A stretch of 62,640 bases of DNA from assembly GCA_964389655.1 (NCBI GenBank), contig CAYMED010000016.1, positions 1-62,640 of the forward strand, given 5' to 3'. The notes beneath the pieces are model-generated. The model saw nothing but the letters and a program-made list of their open reading frames with translations, was not told the DNA's origin and searched no databases. Source of the DNA: an uncultured Candidatus Poseidoniales archaeon (lineage in GTDB: Archaea > Thermoplasmatota > Poseidoniia > Poseidoniales > CAYMED01). Made by a program: the position numbers and the translations under genes. Shown here piece after piece: positions 56,185 to 62,640 of the stretch (the stretch's first letter is position 1; each line of letters starts with the position of its first letter).

Positions 56185-57236
56185 TGGCCACCGAGTCCCC
56201 ATCAGGAGATACAATGGACTTTGAAGGCGGCCTGCACGGCGTTGAGGACGCGGAGATTGTCCTTCAATCAGCAACCACGATTGTCGAAACATGCATGGAA
56301 ATTGCTCGCCATGAAAATGTTTTGATTGTAACAGATGCACTGAGTGAACTTGTAGCACGATCCCTCTTTATTGCTGCAAATCGAGTTTCTGACCGGGTGC
56401 TATTGGTAATGATGCCAACAGGTAAGCGGCATGGGGATGAGCCCCCCATTCCCGTGGCCGACTTAATGCGGAAGCAAGATGTGATTCTTGCTCCTACAAG
56501 ATACAGTTTGACTCACACTCGTGCTAGAATTGCTGCAAGTCGAGAGGGAGCTCGTATTGCAACAATGCCTGGAGTAACTCTAGAGATGTTTGTCAAAGGT
56601 GGAATGACGGCAAACTTTGCTGAAATACGCGAAAAAATACGTTCTATTTACTCAAAAATACGACGTCAAAAACGCGTGCGTGTGACGACAAAGGCAGGTA
56701 CTGATATTGAGTTCTTGATTGACCGTAGCCGGTGGTCAAAGGAAGATAGTGGTATCTGTCACAGACCCGGAATGGTAACAAATTTACCAGCGGGGAAATT
56801 GTTTGGAATGCCCAAAGAAGGTACAATGAATGGCACGATTGTTATCGATGGAAGTTTTGAGGCCTCATTACTTTCAGAACCCCTTCGATTAGAAGTTAGG
56901 AATGGCATGGTTACATCAATTGAAGGAGGATCTGAAGCGGATCGAATACGAGATATGTATGAAGAAGCCTCATCTGTGCTCCCCTCTTCTCAGCAACCTG
57001 ACGTATGGACCGTTGCAGAATTTGGTTTCGGATTAAATCCATCAGCACGCATTATTGGGAATGTACTTGAAGATGAGAAGAGCCTTGGTTCGTGCTATTT
57101 CTCGATTGGTGATAATCACGCCTTGGGGGGCCGTGTTCAATGCGGAATTCACGTCAGCGGGGTCATGCGAAATCCAACCCTCGTTCTTGGAGATAATCTA
57201 ACTTTGATCGAAGATGGAGACCTCAAAATCTCTTGA
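56184..57236 (+). CDS. M29 (aminopeptidase T/thermophilic metalloprotease)-fold protein with substituted metal ligands
   Basis: SLTHT.AR, GARIATMPG, GTD..F, NLPAG, G.IVIDG, AEFG.G.NP, EDEK. Overlaps the pyrC stop (TAATG). Confidence 0.8.
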   Translation: MATESPSGDTMDFEGGLHGVEDAEIVLQSATTIVETCMEIARHENVLIVTDALSELVARSLFIAANRVSDRVLLVMMPTGKRHGDEPPIPVADLMRKQDVILAPTRYSLTHTRARIAASREGARIATMPGVTLEMFVKGGMTANFAEIREKIRSIYSKIRRQKRVRVTTKAGTDIEFLIDRSRWSKEDSGICHRPGMVTNLPAGKLFGMPKEGTMNGTIVIDGSFEASLLSEPLRLEVRNGMVTSIEGGSEADRIRDMYEEASSVLPSSQQPDVWTVAEFGFGLNPSARIIGNVLEDEKSLGSCYFSIGDNHALGGRVQCGIHVSGVMRNPTLVLGDNLTLIEDGDLKIS

Positions 57237-57269
57237 TCAGACGGTGCTTCTAATCGATCAAATTTCTAT

Positions 57270-60200
57270 TCATCTATTTTGCCAAAATGATCCATCCCAC
57301 CATTGATCCTGCCCGTCACTTAATCGACGCCATGCATATCCATGCTCATCTTTCCATTCATTCATAACTTGGATGTTCATCTGATGCATAACTTCGGCAT
57401 TTGTGGAACGTGCATTGTTTGCTGACTGACCCATCTCCCCAGCGGAAGCGGAACTTTCTTCGTTCATCTGAAACTCATTGGTGCCCCGAGTAGACCGCAG
57501 GGCTAAGCCGATACCGAGTCCGATCACTCCGCTGACCATTGTGATTGCCAAGTAGGTCAATGTTGGACTCTTCCCAGCTGCTCCATCAGTGCTTGCAGCA
57601 AGGTTTGAAGAGGCATTTGTGCTTAAATTTCCATCATCATGCTCTTTGGCAGCATTTGTTTGTTCAGTGTTGTTCAGCGTCATGTCGGTTTGGTTGGCTG
57701 TAGTGGATACGGGAATCTGTGGGCAATCGCTTGAAGCATTTTTTGGACATGGATCTGCGATATCAGCTAAACCATCCCCGTCATCGTCCAAATCTTCTGA
57801 AACATCTTCGCAACCATCGCTGTCTAGATCAGTAGTTAGAGATGCGTTCCACGCAACAAGTCCCATTGAGCATGAATCATTTGTATCTTCAATGCCATCA
57901 TTATCGTCATCATGATCTTCTTCTGCATCGGAGCAGCCGTCTTGATCATGGTCAAGCGCTGGTGTTGAAATCCATCCAATTTGGCCCAGCCTACATCCAT
58001 CAATCAGGTCGTTGATCCCATCTCCATCATCATCCCCATCTTCGTCTACATCTCTACAACCATCGCCATCAAGATCGGTCGAACTCGTACTGCGCCATCC
58101 AGTCATCCCATCAGGGCATGAATCTGAATCATCTAATGTCCCATCCCCATCATCGTCTAAATCTTCTGAATGGTCTAAACACCCGTCCTGATCGTGATCC
58201 GTTGATGAATTTGAAATCCAACCGACTGAACCTTTTGGACAGGTATCTACGGCGTCAAAGATCCCGTCAGAATCGTCATCATTATCCTCCAAATCATCAT
58301 GGCATCCATCGTCATCATGGTCTGTAGATGGGGATGATGTCCAGTTTACTTCGCCAGATGTACACTGGTCGCTTAAATCATCAGTTCCATCCCCATCAGC
58401 ATCGCCGTCGATGCTATCCTGGCACCCATCCCCATCAGTGTCAGGGCCGGTGACCAATTGTCGGGGACATTGATCGCGCACATCAGGAACGCTGTCTCCA
58501 TCATCATCCTCATCTTCGTCTACATCCCTACAACCATCGCCATCAAGATCGGTCGAACTCGTACTGCGCCATCCAGTCATCCCATCAGAGCACGAATCTA
58601 AATGATCCAATACTCCATCCCCATCATCGTCTAAATCTTCTGAATGGTCTAAACACCCGTCTTGGTCGAGGTCTGTTGATGAATTTGAGACCCAACTTAC
58701 TGAACCTTTTGGACACGAATCTGCGGCATCAAAGACCCCGTCAGAATCGTCATCATCATCCTCTAAATCATCATGACACCCATCAGCATCGTGGTCTGTA
58801 CTTGGCGATGAAGTCCAATTCAGTTCACCCAGTGCACAGAAGTCATCTGAATCATTAGTTCCATCCCCATCGTCATCTAAGTCTTCACTCGCATCATGAC
58901 ACCCATCATCGTCGTGATCTTCCCAAGTTTCATTCGCAAGTGGGATTCGCCCTTTTGGGCAATGATCCGATCCATCAGGTGATCCATCTCCATCATCATC
59001 CATATCTTCTCCATCCCAGCATCCATCCCCATCATGGTCATTGGTGCTTGTGAGGTTTAATTGGCTTAGAGGACAGCGATCGAATGCATCCAAAATAGCA
59101 TCATTATCATCGTCTAGGTCTTCGGTTGCATCTCTGCACCCATCCCCGTCGTAGTCTGTCAGGATGCTCGACGTCCATCCCGAATCACCCTTTGGGCATA
59201 GATCAGCGGGCGCAATGACCCCATCTCCATCGGGGTCGAGTGGTGCACTCGCTGCGATGAAGGCAACCGTCGAACCAGTTCCTGAAACGAGGTGTGATCC
59301 AAAATGGCCGTTAGGTGCAGCATACCCCGCAATAATGACTCGCTCAGAGGCTCCAACATCAATTCCATGTCCTTGATCTGAAGCAGCACTCCCCCCAACT
59401 AATGTCCATCTCCAATTTCCATTGGAGGTGAAGGATGCAATGAATGGGTCATGTGCGTTCGTTCCATTCGCAGTCGCATTATGGCTTCCAAATTGCACAG
59501 TTCCGAATAATTCACCAGTCATGTAACCATGGCCATTTGGACCAACAGCGAGGTCATTTGGGGTGCTTGAACCTCCTGATGCTGCACTATTGTTCATTTG
59601 AGTAACCCATGTCCAAACCCCACCTGTTGAGATGTGGCCGAGTATACTGGCCCCTTCACTTGGGGCAGAAATATTGAATCCACTTATGTTGCTGGTACAA
59701 GCCGTACCTGAATGGCAACCAATGGTTCCCGCGACGAAAGCACCGCCAGTGCCATCTAAGGAAACAGCGGTAAGGTGGTCGGTTTCTTCCCCACCTAGGG
59801 CCTGGAAGAAAATCCACGATCCATTCTTATCTAGGGCACCGATGTAAGCATCATCACGACCTTTGTTTCCGTTGAGTGGATATGTTAGACCATTTGCAGT
59901 TACGGGCTCACCATGTTCTCCAACGAATATACTGCTCCCATTTGGGGCGACGTCGACAGAGTGTGGCCGGGCGAAATCAGCAACAATGACTTCTGTCCAT
60001 TGCCATGTGCCATTTGCATCGATCGATAAAATGACCGTATCTGCATCATCAGAGTTGTTTACTGTTGATGAGCCATAAGTTGCAGTGGAGCTATACTGAT
60101 ATCCCACCACTATACAATCTCCATCATCATCAACACCGATGTCTACTCCTTCCTCATGGCTTTGTCCCCCTCCTGACCAAAGCCAAAGCCATGTTCCATT

Positions 60201-61667
60201 TTGATCGAGGGAAGCAACGAATATGTCACGATTTCCTTGCCCACCCATCGTCAAATTTCCAAAGGTAGCGGGCCCTACTGCATAACCTGTAATTCGCAAT
60301 GTTCCGTCGGGTGAAAGGTCAATACCCATCCCGTAGTCATATTCACTCCCTCCTGCAGATGTAGCCCAAAGCCAAGATCCACTTGAATCAGCAGCTGCAA
60401 CAAAGATATCCCTCTCTCCAGCAGAAGTCAGGATGGTCGATCCAAATGTGGCGGTTCCGGCGAACCATCCTACGATGAATGATGTGTTACCATTGACAAC
60501 CACATCCCATGACCATGTGTATGTGCTAGAATATCCACTTGTTACCCAATCCCAGTCTCGCACCGGTGCTGGGGTGCCTCCTCCGCCACTGGACCCTGAC
60601 CAACCAGTGAATGAACAAGTGGATGTGGAAGTCAAAGGGGTACTTCCAGCACCACCACTGTATCCACTATTGCCGGCAACTCCTGTGCCGTAAGCAGCAC
60701 CCCCTACCCCTCCATTTCCTCCGCTTGCAGAGACTATGGCGTTTGCTGAGATCACGAGATTTGAGGAGCTGCTAGCGCAGATGTCGATGTTTCCCCCAGA
60801 TCCTCCCCCTCCCCCAGATCCTCCATCGTACATGAATAAACAAGGATTTCCTGGTAGGCAAGCGCCATCGGCACCATCTCCTCCATTTCCCCCATAGGCA
60901 ACGACGGTGCTTTTGCCCGACGAGCCCCCAATAGTTACACTGTTGGCACGCATCACAATTGACCCACCCGAACCTCCACCAGCCCCAGGTCCGCCGGTTC
61001 CTGATCCGTTGTTGTAGCGGTATCCCGGGTCTCCAAGTTCTCCAGAGGCATTGATGACCCCATAGATCTCGATTGTGTCAGCGTAGATGATGACTCTCCC
61101 CCCTGCATTGCCGCCATCAGAGACAAGATTTCCATTACTGTCTGAGACATCTCCACCCCGTGAACCGGTCTCATTTCCCGAGCCATGGCTACTGCCACCG
61201 TTGCTAGGAGAAGCAGTTGATCCGGGTTTTCCTCCTCCAGATCCACCGGCAGATTGGTGTCCCCCACCACCTGCTGCATCGCCTTTCCAAGATGTAGAGA
61301 GCGAGACGTCACCACCTGAGCCGTTTGTAGAAGTGGTTTTTGAAGCAACAATTGAGCCCCCGCTTGCAACGGTTAACGTGTTGACCGTAAGAGTCAGTGT
61401 ACCTGCCGCAATAATCGAACCACAAGGAGCGACGATCCCACATCCGATGTAGAGGTCGTCGTAGGAATGGTTTCCACTGAGATAAGTTGTACTGAGAATC
61501 GTTGCATTTGTGGAACCAGCACCTGGTGGTCCAACTGGATGAGTTGCCTCTTTAATGGCAAGTTCTACCGGTTTAACATTGAGAAAACCACTCATTGGCA
61601 TAAGGGCCATCATCATCGAAAATAGGATGACACGGGCGAGTGGGTAACTCGCACTGCTAGCCCCCAT
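57270..61667 (-). CDS. Large surface protein: Gly-rich domain, beta-propeller repeats, thrombospondin type-3-like Ca-binding repeats, C-terminal TM
   Basis: Signal-like N-terminus; GGGG runs; DIFVA....G.W.W repeats; many D.D.DGC.D..ED.DDD.DG..D..D.C units; TM LAITMVSGVIGLGIGLAL. Confidence 0.88.
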   Translation of the reverse strand: MGASSASYPLARVILFSMMMALMPMSGFLNVKPVELAIKEATHPVGPPGAGSTNATILSTTYLSGNHSYDDLYIGCGIVAPCGSIIAAGTLTLTVNTLTVASGGSIVASKTTSTNGSGGDVSLSTSWKGDAAGGGGHQSAGGSGGGKPGSTASPSNGGSSHGSGNETGSRGGDVSDSNGNLVSDGGNAGGRVIIYADTIEIYGVINASGELGDPGYRYNNGSGTGGPGAGGGSGGSIVMRANSVTIGGSSGKSTVVAYGGNGGDGADGACLPGNPCLFMYDGGSGGGGGSGGNIDICASSSSNLVISANAIVSASGGNGGVGGAAYGTGVAGNSGYSGGAGSTPLTSTSTCSFTGWSGSSGGGGTPAPVRDWDWVTSGYSSTYTWSWDVVVNGNTSFIVGWFAGTATFGSTILTSAGERDIFVAAADSSGSWLWATSAGGSEYDYGMGIDLSPDGTLRITGYAVGPATFGNLTMGGQGNRDIFVASLDQNGTWLWLWSGGGQSHEEGVDIGVDDDGDCIVVGYQYSSTATYGSSTVNNSDDADTVILSIDANGTWQWTEVIVADFARPHSVDVAPNGSSIFVGEHGEPVTANGLTYPLNGNKGRDDAYIGALDKNGSWIFFQALGGEETDHLTAVSLDGTGGAFVAGTIGCHSGTACTSNISGFNISAPSEGASILGHISTGGVWTWVTQMNNSAASGGSSTPNDLAVGPNGHGYMTGELFGTVQFGSHNATANGTNAHDPFIASFTSNGNWRWTLVGGSAASDQGHGIDVGASERVIIAGYAAPNGHFGSHLVSGTGSTVAFIAASAPLDPDGDGVIAPADLCPKGDSGWTSSILTDYDGDGCRDATEDLDDDNDAILDAFDRCPLSQLNLTSTNDHDGDGCWDGEDMDDDGDGSPDGSDHCPKGRIPLANETWEDHDDDGCHDASEDLDDDGDGTNDSDDFCALGELNWTSSPSTDHDADGCHDDLEDDDDDSDGVFDAADSCPKGSVSWVSNSSTDLDQDGCLDHSEDLDDDGDGVLDHLDSCSDGMTGWRSTSSTDLDGDGCRDVDEDEDDDGDSVPDVRDQCPRQLVTGPDTDGDGCQDSIDGDADGDGTDDLSDQCTSGEVNWTSSPSTDHDDDGCHDDLEDNDDDSDGIFDAVDTCPKGSVGWISNSSTDHDQDGCLDHSEDLDDDGDGTLDDSDSCPDGMTGWRSTSSTDLDGDGCRDVDEDGDDDGDGINDLIDGCRLGQIGWISTPALDHDQDGCSDAEEDHDDDNDGIEDTNDSCSMGLVAWNASLTTDLDSDGCEDVSEDLDDDGDGLADIADPCPKNASSDCPQIPVSTTANQTDMTLNNTEQTNAAKEHDDGNLSTNASSNLAASTDGAAGKSPTLTYLAITMVSGVIGLGIGLALRSTRGTNEFQMNEESSASAGEMGQSANNARSTNAEVMHQMNIQVMNEWKDEHGYAWRRLSDGQDQWWDGSFWQNR
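58020..58835. repeat. Intragenic duplication of a three-unit TSP3 block, period 474 nt
   Basis: catcttcgtctacatcYctacaaccatcgccatcaagatcggtcgaactcgtactgcgccatccagtcatcccatcag starts at 58037 and at 58511; similarity extends about 340 nt. Ends are approximate. Confidence 0.85.
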
Positions 61668-61756
61668 ATGGCCAAAGACATGCGTCTTGGATATGAACCG
61701 GTTGGTTCACCGATTTCACCCAAGTCTGCTGCTGGTTTCGTAAGTGAAGGGGTGTT

Positions 61757-62640
61757 TCACTCGTCTCGGCGGCCTGCTAGGATCAATGCTGCCCCAAGTA
61801 GGGAAGTCATTGTCAACAGAATGCCAAATCCTGGTACGAATCCACCTGTGGCACCATCGGTTGTTGCCGCTACAGCATCATCAAGCGTTTCAGTTACTGT
61901 GACGCTGACTTCCCAGTCACCATAGTTCCCTTCGTCATACCATCCAGCCCAAATCGTGGTTTCAGCTCCAGCCACAAGGGTGAAGTTGTATGTTACCGAG
62001 GCCGTTCCTTCTCCATCCATCCATGTACCGAAGTAATTGTCAGCATTGGAATAATTGCTGATATTGGTATTAGCGGGAATAGTTTCACCGTGGAACCATG
62101 CTCCAATCCAGTCACCTTCAGGATCAGTACAACTCAATGTCAATGAGTAATCACCAGCGGGAACTGCCATTGCATGTGTCTGGGGCATCCACAATGTTGC
62201 GTCAGTTGCGGGAGGTGTTGGTAGTGTGCCCCCTGCCTGGTTTGTGAGTGTAGATGTCCCATTTGTCCATGTGTATGTTAGTGAACAGACAGGTGCAGCA
62301 CCAGGTGTCCAGACATAGGTGTCATTCATGTCTTCAGACATTGAATGACCTGTTTCAGGCATGCAGTGGCCCATTGAATTGTCCCAATATTCTCCGACGG
62401 GACATGCCATGTCAACCTTACATGTTTGAGTGAGTTCATCCCAGAAATATCCAGCGCCACAATCTGTGGTGGTGTTACCTTTGTTGTTGGCATTGTCAAC
62501 CTTACATGTTTTAGTGAGTTCATCCCAGAAATATCCAGCGCCACAATCCGTGGTGTTGCCTGTATTGTAAAATTTACATGTATAACTGAGAAGATCCAAA
62601 AAAAATAAAGCAACACAATCGTTTATGTTAAGAGTTTTGT
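61757..62640 (-). CDS. C-terminal part of a surface glycoprotein with Cys repeats and a PGF-CTERM-like tail (5' end outside the window)
   Basis: The frame is open to the window edge; ends GFVPGFG + TM + RRDE; has many N-x-T/S sequons. Confidence 0.8.
   Translation of the reverse strand, partial: KTLNINDCVALFFLDLLSYTCKFYNTGNTTDCGAGYFWDELTKTCKVDNANNKGNTTTDCGAGYFWDELTQTCKVDMACPVGEYWDNSMGHCMPETGHSMSEDMNDTYVWTPGAAPVCSLTYTWTNGTSTLTNQAGGTLPTPPATDATLWMPQTHAMAVPAGDYSLTLSCTDPEGDWIGAWFHGETIPANTNISNYSNADNYFGTWMDGEGTASVTYNFTLVAGAETTIWAGWYDEGNYGDWEVSVTVTETLDDAVAATTDGATGGFVPGFGILLTMTSLLGAALILAGRRDE
62411..62620. repeat. Three copies of a 54-nt coding repeat (DCGAGYFWDELTxTCKVD), the outermost degenerate
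   Basis: Copies at 62411-62464 and 62495-62548 differ at one base; the copy at 62567-62620 has about 16 substitutions. Confidence 0.85.

Noticed and set aside
57780-59240. catcatc/ccatc-rich periodic DNA as a CRISPR array or satellite
   Set aside because: It is the reverse complement of Asp/Gly codons in the TSP3 repeats of a long ORF.
61672-61709. Two short hairpins between the surface-protein genes
   Set aside because: The stems are only 6-7 bp and one is bulged, which is compatible with chance.

Overview
A 62.6 kb archaeal chromosomal segment, most consistent with Marine Group II Euryarchaeota (Ca. Poseidoniales). This is inferred from archaeal-type uS2, PGK and Fap7/AK6 kinase, a PGF-CTERM-like sorting tail and large Asp-rich TSP3-repeat surface proteins. 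The first ~24 kb is a glycosylation island in two parts. The first part (138-8356) is a bacterial-like nucleotide-sugar module: methyltransferase, acetyltransferase, 2OG-Fe dioxygenase, beta-propeller protein, ArnC-like GT2, WbqC, WecE-like aminotransferase, NDP-hexose 2,3-dehydratase and a ketoreductase. The second part (8353-23966) holds GT4/GT2 enzymes, GT-C-like membrane proteins, a GT-B/membrane fusion, a nucleotidyltransferase and a kinase-flippase fusion. The remainder is compact housekeeping sequence: Na+/H+ antiporter, hisS, rpsB, dus, four regulators, amidohydrolase, putP, tRNA-Thr(CGT), pgk, an orphan DNA methyltransferase, M24 peptidase, xseAB, MgtE/TrkA-C, ferredoxin, pyrC and three surface proteins. 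The top leads are a protein with about three tandem histone folds (47165-47971), a solo Cas4-type Fe-S nuclease split by four transmembrane helices (29057-30271), a 2-deoxy-sugar pathway in an archaeon, the kinase-flippase/nucleotidyltransferase pair, an SLC41-like Mg transporter and an apparently dead M29 peptidase coupled to pyrC. No CRISPR array, rRNA, integrase or transposase was seen. All calls come from motif recognition by eye; no database search was run.
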